Assembly: GCF_026210795.1 (NCBI RefSeq)
Contig: NC_089435.1
Location: 2,728,001 to 2,792,000 of the forward strand
DNA from: Rhizophagus irregularis
Taxonomy: Eukaryota
DNA: 64,000 nucleotides
Direction: 5' to 3'
The notes under the pieces were generated by a model that saw only the letters and a list, made by a program, of their open reading frames with translations, was not told the DNA's origin and searched no databases. Shown one piece after another: positions 26,477 through 39,359 of this stretch. Position 1 is the first letter of the stretch. The number at the start of each line of letters is the position of its first letter. Made by a program: the position numbers and the translations under genes.

Positions 26477-26713
26477 AAAACGAACCTATTACTAAAATCT
26501 TGTTATACTAACAGAAAAATCGATTATTCTGCAAAACTTAAATGAAATTTTAAATCAAGAAGAATTGATGGAAAAAAAAAAATTGATAATGAAACAACAT
26601 TATTAAGTGATAATTTAGGTATTAACATTTCATATTTTTTTTTTATTTTTTAACTTATATATACAAGCACAAATCTAATTTCGTCGTATTAAAATTGTAT
26701 GATTTCAAACTAA
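26477..26713 (+). pseudogene. Orphan exons 3-4 of a TKL kinase, probably the 3' end of the 23.2-kb pseudogene
   Basis: ttttag|NEPITK..CYTNRKIDYSAKL-NEILNQEEL..TLLSDNL|gt followed by NCMISN*; downstream sequence matches the 3' flank of the 27369 gene (ggattctccgaaata). Confidence 0.8.
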
Positions 26714-27368
26714 GTAAATTATAATTTATATAATTATTTTGAATTTTCGCCCTCAAAATATATTAATAAATTTGATAAATTTTTACTGGATTCTCCGAAA
26801 TAGCAAAGGTAGAAAGGTAGAATCAGAATTAAATTTATGAATCAATTACGGATACTTGTATCGTAATTCGTAACACATTAAACTGCCGTAATGCCGTAGT
26901 TGTTTAGTGCCAAAAATACAAAATTTTTTGATTATAGCGTAAATCTATAACAGATAATGCCGATCTTTAACTGCAAATCTTATAATTCTGTAATTGTATC
27001 CAGTCACGTTTACGGTTATTTTAAAAATTAATTTACTGAGCTGTTAATATGAGTACTGTATATGTATTCGTTATTAATTAAAGAGAAAAATGAATATTTT
27101 TTTATTCAGATAAATTAGTCAAAGAATTATTTCATGCGTAACTGTTTACTAACCAAAATTTAAATCAAATTGGCATGGTAACATCACTATCATTGCTGAA
27201 AATAGTCTCATTGATCGTCCTTTCGTAATCGTAACTCCGAAATGGCGTAAATCTGTTCATTGTTCTTTATAGGGTTTCCTAAACAAGTTAACTTGGGTAA
27301 AACGGTTTAAAAATATAAATTAAATTTTGTACAATTAAAAAAAAAATTATTTTGCAAAAGAAATTAAC

Positions 27369-28999
27369 ATGTCTAAAAAGTTTAGTAGGAACTTCAAAAA
27401 TTTTAGAAATAATAATTCAAATACTTTGAGTGAATATGAATATAGAAAAAATAAATATGATTTGTGTACCGATTGTAAACAACAAAATACCCATTATAAT
27501 TGGTGCCAAAATTGCAATAGCAAAATTTTTCAACATGATTTTGATAAATGGACTAGTGGAAATAAATATATTGACAAGTTTATTCAAGAAACTCAACTGA
27601 AAGCAAGAAAAAGAGAAGAAGTTATAGAATGGATTCCTTACAATAGATTTAGAAATATTAAATATCTTTCTAAAGGTGGATTTAGTACTGTCTATAAGGC
27701 TATTTTGTTAGATGGGCCTATAAATTATTGGGATAATAAAGCCCAAACATGGTCAAGGTTTTCTAAAAGCCTTCGGTATGGTAATGACCATGAAATTGCA
27801 AAAGAAAAAGATGTTAAATCACCACTTAGTAAAAATGAAAAAAGGGGATATGATGTTGTATTAAAGAGTTTAAATAATTCATCAAATATTAATGATGATT
27901 TCTTAAACGAAGTAAGTTATTTTTTAAAAAAAGTACATATTTGTTTTAGTTTATTAATATTATTATTTAATTTTAGTTAAAAAATCATTTACAATGTGTG
28001 AGTTCAAGTCGTAATTCTCGTTCAGCCGTATTCATATATGGAATAACACAAGATCCAGAAACATCAAATTATATGATGGTAATGAGATTTATGGACGAAG
28101 GAAATCTAAGATCTAATTTATTAATAGTAAAAAAGTATGATAGTTTAATGGATGTTGCAAATGCACTTTTAATTTTACACAAGTGTAATTTAGTTCATGG
28201 TGATTTTCATAGTGGAAATATACTTCTAAATAAATTTAACACTCATGTTATAAGCGATTTTGGATTAAGTAGACCAGTAAATAAAACTGCTAATACAAAT
28301 GAAATTTATGGAGTAATTCCTTACATGGCTCCAGAAGTATTGCGTGGAAAGCCATATACTAAAGCTGCTGATATTTATTCTTTTGGAATTATTATGTGGG
28401 AACTTACATCTGGTATTCCTGCTTTCAATAACAGACCTCATGATTTTGACCTTTCTTTAGATATTTGTATAGGATTGAGACCGAAAATTGTTGAAGGAAC
28501 ATTACCTGCTATATATGCAAGATTAATGAAGAGGTGTTGGGATTCTGATCCTAATAAAAGACCAACAGCTGATGAATTAGTAGAAATCCTTTCTATTTGG
28601 AGTATTTATAGTCCTTGTTTTGATTCAAATAATAGAATACCTTTTCCTAGTAAGTCAAAAGAATTTAATATCTTTATTAAGTTAATTCATTTTATTTCTT
28701 ATTTAATTGTAAAAAAGTATATTTTATCTATTTAAACTTTTTAGACAACGAACCTATTACTAAAAATCATCCATTATCTTGTTATACAAGCAGAAAAATC
28801 GATTATTCTGCGAAGCTAAATGAAATATTAACACAGGAAGAATTAAGCACTAAAATTGTAATAGACGAAGAAAGAGAATCAAAATTATTAAGTGAAAGTT
28901 TAGGTATGTTTTTTTTTTGAATTCATAATATACAAGCATAAATCTAATCCCGTCGTTATTATTTTTTATTTATTAGAAAGTTGTGTGATTTCAGATTAG
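27369..28999 (+). CDS. TKL-family protein kinase, Glomeromycotina-expanded type with N-terminal CxxC..WCxxC motif; exons 27369-27911, 27977-28649, 28745-28903, 28977-28999
   Basis: GT-AG introns keep frame; KGGFSTVY, VVLKSL, FLNE, HGDFHSGNIL, DFG, APE, DIYSFG, RP motifs all present; stop TAG 28997-28999. Confidence 0.92.
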
Positions 29000-30244
29000 G
29001 TAAATTATAAAATTATTTCGATTTATTTTCGACCTTAAAATACATTAATAAATTTTAATGGATTCTCCGAAATAACGGTAAATTTTTTATCATCAACTAA
29101 AGGACGAATCCGCAGATCGGCGGATGTGTATCACATTTGCTGTAATTTTATAATATATAAAGATAAATTTAAAATAAATTAGATTATCCACGAATTAATT
29201 CTTTAAAACCCATTATGAAAAATGATTATTAATAAGGAGTTAAAAAGGTTACATACTCTCAGGGTTCTCTCTCATAATATTTGACTAACTTTAAAATAAA
29301 TAATGGTAAAATTTCATTGTTACTTAAAATTCTTTAAATTATGATATAAAATAAATAAACAAATAAAACGTTTCAAATTTTGCTTAAAGTTCAAGCTTTT
29401 TACAATTTTTTAAAACTTTTCTACACGCTAAAACTTTTAAAATTAAATAAAAATATTTACTTGTTATATTTAATATACAAATAACATGAAACCATTTACC
29501 CATCGGAACGCTAAGAACTCATCTAACTTCGCGTTTTTTATTTGTATTTATGACGATATTCTTTATTTCAAAAGTAAAAGTTTCATTTTTTTTATCAGTC
29601 CGCACATGTAAGCAATAAATATCACGCTTTTTCAGTTAAATTGTTAAATCCTTAATTTAGGCCGATTCTGCAGATCGGCGGTCATACGCAGGTGCAACGC
29701 AGTCAACGCACCCTTTATAATATCTCATATATAAAAGTCAAAAACACCATTCTAAACTATACTTTGATCTTTAAGTAAAGTTGTAGAGCAAGAAAAAATA
29801 CGTATAGTACGTGTATTTTAAAAGCTTTATAATATGTACAGTACATAAAGTTTATGCGACATTTATTCAAAAATCAGAAAATTTAGCGATGTCACGTGAT
29901 AAGAAATGAGAAAATTACCAAAAAGGGAGGGTGCGTTGCTACAAGCCCGCGTAAAAATGTTTTTTCCTTAATATGTATTCATAAGAATTATTTTTGCAAA
30001 ATCGCGTAACCAAAAAATTTAAATCAAATTTGGTATAGTGATGTTACTATCATTGCTGAAAATAGTCTCATTGATCGAATGTAACACTCTTTTCGCAATC
30101 GTAACTCCGAAATGACGTAAATCTGTTCATTATTCTTTATAAGGTTTCCTAAATAAATCAACTTGTGTAAGACGTTTTAAAATATAAATTAAATTTTGTA
30201 CAATTAAAAAAAATTATTTTAATTATTTTGCAAAAGAAATTAAC

Positions 30245-31879
30245 ATGTCTAAAAAGTCTAATAGGAACTTCAAAAATTTTAGAAATAATAATTCAAATAC
30301 TTTGAGTGAATATGAATATAGGATAGATAGATATGGTTTTTGTACCGATTGTGAACAACCAAAAACCAATCATGCTTGGTGCCGAAATTGCAATAGTAAA
30401 AGATTTCAACATGATTTCGATAAATGGACTAGTGGAAATAAATATATTGACAAGTTTATTCAAGAAACTCAATTGAAAGCAAGAAACAAATTTGAAGTTA
30501 TAGAATGGATTTCTTACAATAGATTTAGAAATATTGAATATCTTTCTAAAGGTGGATTTAGTACTGTCTATAAGGCTATTTTGTTAGATGGATATATACT
30601 TTATTGGGATTATGGAGCCCAAACATGGATAAGGTATTATAAAAGCTTTGAGTCTAATAGTAAAGACTATGAAATTGCAAAAAAAAAAGATGTTAAATCA
30701 CCACTTAGTAAAAATGAAAAAAGGGGACTTCATGTTGTATTAAAGAGCTTAAATAATTCATCAAATATTAATGATGATTTCTTAAACGAAGTAAGTTATT
30801 CTTTAAAAAAGTACATATTTGTTTTAGTTTAATTAATATTATTGTTTAATTATTAGTTAAAAAATCATTTACAATGTTATACGTCAGCTGTATACATATA
30901 TGGAATAACGCAAGATCCAGAAACATCAAATTATATGATAGTAATGAGATTAATGGAAAAAGGAAATCTAAGATCTAATTTATCAATAAAAAAAAATAAT
31001 CTATTTGAAAAATATTCTAGTTTAATGTATATCGCACAAGCACTTTTAACTTTACACAAGCGTAATTTAGTTCATGGTGATTTTCATAGTGGAAATGTAC
31101 TTCTAAATAACCCTGACATTCATGTTATAAGCGATTTCGGATTAAGTGGACCAGTAGATAAAACTGCTAATACAAATGAAATTTATGGAGTAATTCCTTA
31201 TATGGCTCCGGAAGTATTGCGTGGGAAGCCATATACTAAAGCTGCTGATATTTATTCTTTTGGAATTATTATGTGGGAACTTACATCTGGTATTCCTGCT
31301 TTCAACAATAGATCTCATGATTTTGACCTTTCCTTAGATATTTGTAAAGGATTGAGACCAAAAATTGTTGAATGCACATTACCTGTATATGTAAGATTAA
31401 TGAAGAGGTGTTGGGATTCCGATCCTAATAAAAGACCAACAGCTGATGAATTAGTAGAAATCCTTTCTATTTGGTATGATTGTGGTGATAAACTTCTTAA
31501 GCTAGAATATGATTCAAGAATACCTGTTCCTAGTAAGTCAAAAAAAATTAATTTCTTTATTAAGTTAATTCTTATTTAATTGTAAAAAGTATATTTTATC
31601 CAATTTTATTTATTTAAACTTTTTAGATAACGAACCTATTACTAAAAATCATCCATTATCTTGTTATACAAGCAGAAAAATCGATTATTCTACGAAGCTA
31701 AATGAAACATTAACACAGGAAGAATTGAGCACTAAAATTGTAATAGACGAAGAAAAAGAATTAACATTATTAAGTGAAAGTTTAGGTATGTAAAATAAAT
31801 TATTATTATTATTTATCATTAATTTTTTTTAAATTTAAAATTTTTTTTTGATCTAGAAAACTGTATTATTTCTGATTAA
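30245..31879 (+). CDS. TKL-family protein kinase, tandem paralog; exons 30245-30790, 30857-31532, 31627-31785, 31857-31879
   Basis: Same motifs and intron positions as the 27369 gene; frame preserved across splices; ~250 bp of upstream sequence is also duplicated. Confidence 0.92.
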
Positions 31880-33519
31880 AAAATGGGTCAGTTATAATTT
31901 ACATAATTTGTATAAAATTTATTTTGAAATTTATTAAATAATGTTTTTTTATAGACCCTGAGGAAAGACATAAAATTCGGATAATTTGAAGAATTCTTTA
32001 CTGCGAAAATTTTATTTTCTGACGTCACATTTTCACGTCCTATTTATACGTAACGATGTGCTTTTTTTGGATAAAATTTTAAAAAGAAAAAAAAAAAAAA
32101 TTTTTTTATCATACTTACGTATCATTATATTAGGTTCTAGCATCAATTAAAATATTTAAAAGGGAGGTAGTGTTCAAAGAAATCTTTGTAGCTTATTAAA
32201 TTTATATCAGCGTAATTAAATAGCAATTACTTTGAATAAATTTTATTTTTTTATTTTTTTTTCTTTTTTGAAAGGTTAAAATTTCTTGAAATTCCTCTTC
32301 CAATTAATTAATAATAGCATATTTCTTGAAAATAATGTGGCGCAATAACGCAAAAAAATATATATATATATTTTTAATTGATAATTGACCTACTTTATAT
32401 AGATAAAAACGTACTTATTCTTTAACTAAAAAAAAGAATAACCTAAGTTTTGGTTAGACATCTATCAATGTGTTTTTACTTTGAAATTTTAGCGTCATCA
32501 GAACTACTGACGTGAAATCGTGAAATGATCGGGCCAATAGACTGATAATTTTAGGTGGGAATTTTTTAAAAAATTACTAGTCCTTAAAAGTTTAATCATT
32601 TATCTATATATAACTCGTCAAACTCGGATGCTGGGCCCAGCCCTGAAATTCAATTTCCAAAGAAAAATTGCTGTGACCGTTTAGGACTACCTAATTTTAG
32701 AATTCTATATGCTCATTTTTCACTACATATTTACTATATACTCAATTTTAGACCAGTCGAGAACTGACAATTATTATAAGGCACAGTATATTCAACTTAT
32801 CAACTAAAAATAATTTACAATAAATGTTTTTTTTTTTAGAAATGTGAGGAATATAAGGATATTTGACTATTAATGTCAATCAATGGTTCTACTTTTTTAT
32901 TTTGGGATCAAATAATTAAGGTTTTTATAAATTTTGAACGTAAAATTGTTGAAATAATTATATCATAAAATTATTTAAGGATAACTCGGTAATTTTTAAT
33001 TTTTTTTACTATTAATAATTATTTGTTTAATAATTATTTGTATAACAACTTTCGTTCTTTGATACATTTAAGAAAATTTTGATACATTCAAGAAAAAGTT
33101 CCAAAAATATCAAATATTTACTATTTAAAGAAACAAAAAAAGAAAAAAAGAAAAAAGAAAAAAGCCCTAAAATAGTCAAACACTAAACTATTAAATTCCA
33201 AGATGTGATACATTAAGTAATTATAAATGAATTAAATTAAAAGCGATCTACAATTATGTATACAAGCACAAAAAGCCAACTTGCATTCATATTGTATACA
33301 GTAAATGTATGGACGGAGTTTGTTATACGATTATAGAATACATTTAAAGATTAGTTTCTGACAATTATATACAAGGTTTATTTACGTAAAAAATCAATTT
33401 ATTCAAATTATCACATCAAAATTTGATGATTATGTAACGTTTTATTGGATAGTTTGATTAATATATATATATATATCTTATACATATTATGAGGAAATAA
33501 AATATATCATTTGGAAAAC

Positions 33520-33994
33520 ATGAATTTAAACAATTATACAACTTATACAACTCTAGATGATATGGATCAAACTACACCTTTACAATTCCTTGATAATAAT
33601 AATCTTCAAAATAATAACGTTGAAATGTCTAATGAGACCTTGAACATTTGTACCATTCCTGCGCCTCAAAACACTGTATTTGAATTTTATCTTCCTCTAC
33701 CAAATGACACTATCTACCTTACGCTCTTTAGAAATCGCGCGACGCTTAAATAATGGTATCAATTTATCTCACATTATTGACTGTCAACTTCCACATCATC
33801 ATCATATTCACTCTTTGATTAAACAACAAATTCTTCACCCTGTTGATTATCAATCACAACCTTTCGATGCTATGACTCCTCAAACATATGCAGATGTAGA
33901 TGATAATGTCAATAATGCAACTTTAAATACTTATGATACGCAAGATACAGTATATGATGGAATTACGCCTAATCAAGCGCCGTCTAAAAAATAA
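33520..33994 (+). pseudogene. Frameshifted hypothetical N/Q/T-rich protein gene
   Basis: Two overlapping ORFs join near 33715 (MNLNNYTT..VFEFYLPLPNDTIY / LEIARRLNNGINLSHI..SKK*); coding-like composition. Confidence 0.5.
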
Positions 33995-34056
33995 CAATGC
34001 ATATTATTAATATTATTATATATTATACAATTTTATATCATGGATAGTATTACTTT

Positions 34057-34887
34057 TAGAGGTTGGAACCGACCAAAAAAACCTTAACCGATTAATAATC
34101 GACTAATCAGTTACCATAACCGAATAATAATCGGTTAATTAATCGGTTAATTAATCGGTTAATTTGTGATGAGGTTAACCGATTAATTAATCGGTTAATA
34201 TATAAATTTTGCACCCTATATGGATAATATACATGTATTATTTCAAAAAGTTATATCAAATTTTAATGGGAAACGAGAACTGACTTTAATTCAAGGTTTA
34301 CTTAAATGGGAAATTAACAATATTAATGATAGTGGAATTGAATTGCAAGTTTTTAGGAATGTTTTTATTCCGCCGCCCATTTGAATATTTTGCATAATAT
34401 ATATCACATGACATTTAGCTACGTCATAAATAACTTAAAATAAAAACAAATACTTATAAAAGCATTTAAATATGTTACAAAAAAATATATAATAAATGAC
34501 CAGATAGAGATTCATTTTCAATAGGTCTATAATCAATATATTCTGAAAAAATGTCATTTGTTTCATTATCACCCATATTGTATAATTTTTTTTATAATAA
34601 ATTAAAATTTCTCAAGTTTTAATAAAAAGTTTAAATGGGTTTATTTTTTTGACAAGTTTGTCAATACTGTATATTAAAAAAAACTTCTTATCGGAATTTC
34701 GGGATAAAAAATCATCTAATCTGAGAAAATGATCTGCATATTATTTTAACCGACTAAATTAGTCGGTTAATTAATCGGTTAATTTAGTCGGTTAATTAGT
34801 CGATTAACCGATTTTTTGATACTTTTAACCGATTAACCGCCTTAACCGATTAATTAATCGATTAACGTTAATCGGTTCCAACCTCTA
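34057..34887. mobile_element. Non-autonomous hAT element (831 bp)
   Basis: Perfect 16-bp TIR TAGAGGTTGGAACCGA; perfect 8-bp TSD ATTACTTT (34049-34056, 34888-34895); subterminal TTAACCGA/TCGGTTAA arrays at both ends. Confidence 0.93.
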
Positions 34888-36583
34888 ATTACTTTTTTTA
34901 GTTTTGACAGTTTTCAATTATTTTAAATAATAATTTAAATTTTCTAATAAATATATTTAGCATAATTTTTTTACGTATATAATTTAGAATCGATGATATA
35001 CGTTTAATTCGTTTTAACGATTTTTCTTTTTCGATAATTTTTTTTTTTAAAAAAAAGATAAATTAAATTTTACTGGCGTTGAAAATTAACTGGAAAATTT
35101 TTTTTTGTGAAATTTCATATTTTAATATTTTAAACGGTTAATGATTACGTAAATAAAAAGAAATTTTAAAATAATGGGATAGACATGAATTACAAATTAG
35201 ATAGTAACGATTAATTACATGATAATACCTCCATGAAATTTAAAATTTTGTCAACAAACAGAATTTAATGTGACATAGCACAAGCCAAACATCCAAGTAC
35301 AGTTCCATTCTAGAACCGGACAAAAGATACAACCGGGGTGTTACAAATAAAGTCAATTTGTAACGAACTAACAGGGTCCTGTATATTTTTAAACCAAAAA
35401 CAAACCAAAGCATTACAACTTTATATAAACTATGATCGGAAGTAAAGTTATTCTGATAATTTTACGCCGGGAAGAATATATATATAGAAAATATTATATT
35501 AAAAAATTCCGTTTGAATTTTACATTTTTAACTTTTTCTTTTCGTATTCAAAGTCAAGTAATATTAATTTATTGAAAGAGCCTAAAAAAATATTTTCATT
35601 TTCCTAGATTCGTTAAAATTAAAGAGTTGAGTAAAATTCGTTAAAATTCGGTAAATTTTAATGAATTCTATTAGTTAACGGGAAGTTTGTAAAATTTTTA
35701 TTTGTAGCATAGACCGACAATATCATTTCGCCGAAATTAAGCCTGTTTACAAACAATATAAAAACCAATGGAGTACAAATTAAAATCATGAGGGATAAGA
35801 AATATCTGACGTCTTCGATCAATTCAAGTTATTCAACTGCCCCATAAACAAACAACTCTCACGTGATTTGTGTAATTAAGAGTGATAAAGTACAAAAATA
35901 TTATTATATTCTACTTAGGTAAATAAGTTTCTTTTATTTTTTTTTATACTAACTATATAATAAACATTTTAGGTTATGTAAGTGACAAATAATCAGTGAC
36001 AAATAGGATTTCACCCACTCCATTTGGTCACGTGATAGAGAGGTATTGAATCAATTGATCAATTTTCAAAATAAAAATACTTGTACACATTAAAAAACAT
36101 TGATTTCATATGTGGAATAATTTAATATTTTTTTTTGTATTGTATTCAAAAAAATTTGGTCTAGCATTTAATACGCCTTTAACTAATCTGATTAAATAAT
36201 CTACAATTGTGTTTTTGTTGTTTTTGTTGGTGAATCAACCACAAAAAAAATTATGGTAAATATTACGTATTCAGCGAATATGCTTTTTAGCCGATATTTT
36301 GGTTGCATTTTTAATTTAACACTATTAGAATGAATTGGTAAAAAAATAAAGATCGGCAAAGATCGGCAATACATGATTTCTTTATTGTCATACGGAATTA
36401 GTTTTCCCTATAATATATAAATCTACGGCTTGGCACTCCCATGCATTTTTTTTTTATTTATTTGTTTATTTTATTTTAATGTATATAATTAGCATAATTT
36501 TCCCCTTAAAAAAAAAAAATTTTTTTTTATATATCTATTTTCTTCCTTTCTATCCCCTTTTCCCTTAAAAATTTAACAATAAT

Positions 36584-38353
36584 ATGGTACAATCATTACC
36601 AGCAGAGTCCCTTCAAGAAATATTTAAATCTTTTAAAGATGATATAAAAATATTACACTCATGTTTATTAGTGAATAAATTTTGGGCTAGTTGTGCAGTA
36701 TCTTTTTTATGGAGTCGACCTTTCGAACTTTTAACTCGTCCATCAAGTAAACTTATCGAAACTTATTCGAAATTTTTCGATAAAGATTCTCAAAAAATCT
36801 TATCATCTTACGGAATTATAATTATACCACCTCAAAAACCAACGTTATTTGAATATCCTTTATTCATTAAAAGTCTTCAATATGATTATCTTTATGATTT
36901 TAGTTCTGTATGGTTTCAAGAAGGGTTTAATAAGGGTATACAAAAACGTTATGCGGGATTTGAAAAAACAAGTATATTAAGAGTTTTTGTTAAGGAATTA
37001 TTTAAATTAATGTTTAGTAAATTTTCTAGTATAGAAGATTTATCATTTAACGTAATAAGATTCCTTGACGCACCGGATATAGCTGGTAGTAGATTGGTTA
37101 GTAGATTTAGACCATATAGGGATGCATCATACGTTAAAAGAGCTTTAGAATATTTATCATTATTTGAAGAAGATATAATTGAAATACTTTCTTTTGAAGA
37201 TTCTAAAATTTCTTTAAAAAGATTACAAACATTAGAATGTGGAGCGAATAGGAATGATATCGTTATATTGGATACATTCAGGAATTTAACAAGGTCCATT
37301 AATACTCTAAAATTTAATTTTGCATCAGAATTAAGTAATCATAACGTTTATGATGATGCTAATATAATCTGTTCGATTACAAATCTAATTAAGGAACAAA
37401 GATATATAAAGAAAGTTAGTATACGTCATGGAACTCAACATGTTTTTGGATTAGTCACAGCGTTGGAATGTCATGTTAATAATCTTACTGAATTATCATT
37501 TGATAAGATTGATTTTAACATAATACCGACAGCAGAAAAAATATTTTCTATAATTTCTTTATGTGAAAATTTAAAAAAATTAGTTGTAACAAATTGTGAA
37601 GGGATAACTAACGAAATAATTTTACCACTCGGTAATGCGACATTTATTAATTTAGAAACGCTCATATTTACAAAGACGCATAATCCTATAGATGATATTT
37701 TTAGGGCTTTCTTAATAGGAGTTCCACGACAGAATAATATCACTCCTTTAACACTTGAACCATTAAAAAATCTTATAAGTACAAATGGAAATTTAAAGGT
37801 TTTACGTTTAGGTAGAAATTTACTTTATAGTAGAGATTTACCAAATGATTTCGTTTTTTCAACAACTTATCCACCGGTGGATGTGATGGAGTCGGCAACA
37901 TCATGCTGTCGTAATTTAACACTTATCGAAATTCATATTAGGAGAGAAATATTACCTCAGGTGCTTAAGGTCTTGGAATCAAATTGTCAATTAAATCGTT
38001 TGATCTTCTCTGCAGAAATGGAATTAGTTGATGATGAACGTTTTTGGAGAAAATTGTCAACTTCTCTTCCAATTAGTTTAAAAGATTTAACCATTAGTAT
38101 TGGACCAGTGTTTTGGTTGATGGTATTACATTGGTTATTTGAAAATATGAAATGTAAATTGGAAATTTTACAATTTCCTTTATCCATCTTCATTGATGAT
38201 GAATATCTTTGTATTATTACTCAATACGCTAAACTAATGGGATCTTTAAAAAGATTGGCTTTACATAATAGTAATAGGATCACTCAAAAAGGACTATCTA
38301 AAGCGCTCCTCGTAATTGAAACTATTACAAATACTGGTGAATATAATTATTAA
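36584..38353 (+). CDS. F-box / RNI-like leucine-rich-repeat protein (589 aa, intronless)
   Basis: LPAESLQEIF..LHSCLLVNKFW..AVSFLWSRPF F-box header, PTLFEYPLFIKSL motif, then LxxLxL repeats. Confidence 0.88.
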   Translation: MVQSLPAESLQEIFKSFKDDIKILHSCLLVNKFWASCAVSFLWSRPFELLTRPSSKLIETYSKFFDKDSQKILSSYGIIIIPPQKPTLFEYPLFIKSLQYDYLYDFSSVWFQEGFNKGIQKRYAGFEKTSILRVFVKELFKLMFSKFSSIEDLSFNVIRFLDAPDIAGSRLVSRFRPYRDASYVKRALEYLSLFEEDIIEILSFEDSKISLKRLQTLECGANRNDIVILDTFRNLTRSINTLKFNFASELSNHNVYDDANIICSITNLIKEQRYIKKVSIRHGTQHVFGLVTALECHVNNLTELSFDKIDFNIIPTAEKIFSIISLCENLKKLVVTNCEGITNEIILPLGNATFINLETLIFTKTHNPIDDIFRAFLIGVPRQNNITPLTLEPLKNLISTNGNLKVLRLGRNLLYSRDLPNDFVFSTTYPPVDVMESATSCCRNLTLIEIHIRREILPQVLKVLESNCQLNRLIFSAEMELVDDERFWRKLSTSLPISLKDLTISIGPVFWLMVLHWLFENMKCKLEILQFPLSIFIDDEYLCIITQYAKLMGSLKRLALHNSNRITQKGLSKALLVIETITNTGEYNY

Positions 38354-39359
38354 AATAGATAATAATTTTACGCCGAATTCTCCAAAAAAAAAAAAAAAAA
38401 AAAATTGTAATTACTTTTTTTAAAATCACATTATGATAGAGATTAAGATAGAGGAGTAAAAAATAATTTTCTAAGATTTATTTTGTAAGATTTTTTTTTT
38501 TTACGGCGGGTAGTGAGTAGTGATTGATAATATTTTATGTTACGTACACTACATCATTTTTTTCATTTGTTTTTTTTTTGTTTTTTATTAAATAAAAAAG
38601 TATCTTTTTTAGATAAATTTAGAAAGAATTATGGAGTTTGAAGCATGGAATTTGCTGATGGAATTTGCTGCATCAAAACATCAATAAATCAATGATTTTG
38701 ATTTTGATTTTTATTTTATTTTTTTTTTTAAGCCAATAAGTTCTCGTAAAATTAAAAATAGAACGGATTATTTTAACGGGATTATGATTAATCCGATAAT
38801 CAATCAACCTGCCATTTCTGATTATTTGATCGGGATTTTCTCGTTTTAGATTAAATCAGCAACAATTAGTTACAGGTTTTATATGCAAGCTTGAAACCAA
38901 TTCTTTTTGAGTATTCATTCATACATTATAATTTACGTAATTTTCAATTCCCTTATGAAATTTTTTTTTTATGTTTTTCCGATATCATCGATATCGTGAT
39001 TGTTAACAATAAATCACGTTCTTTTTTTGTCGTTCCCATATTATAATCTACAATAACTCTTTTTTTCATATCATGATTTTCTTTATTTTACTTATATTGA
39101 CAAGTTACATTCTCTGTAGCACGTGAAACGTGTAGATCAAATGTTAAATCCGGTTTAATCTAATTGGTCTTTATCCATTTAATTGGTCTTTGGGTATTAT
39201 CCGTAGTTGTCGATCTTGATATTATGTTGTACGTTAATAATAAATATTTAGTACTTGCTTTGTTTGTATTTCCTGATTTTTTTTTTCGTTTTTTTTTCTC
39301 ATTCTTATTTTTCCTTTTTTTCACGTTTAAAAACGAGATTTCCATCTTTTTTGGCAACA

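Noticed and set aside
29101..29945. Repeated gcagatcggcgg motif and caacgcaccct/agggtgcgttg inverted pair between the two kinases
   Set aside because: Possibly MITE remnants, but matches are short and no TSD or clear termini could be defined
35334..35346. GGGGTGTTACA resembling an LTR terminus
   Set aside because: No second LTR, primer-binding site, polypurine tract or pol sequence nearby
36949..38193. Minus-strand ORFs within the F-box gene
   Set aside because: Antisense shadows of the plus-strand CDS
39255..39359. ORF-track start of the 845-aa F-box protein
   Set aside because: Non-ATG start in a T-rich leader; the first ATG is at 39360
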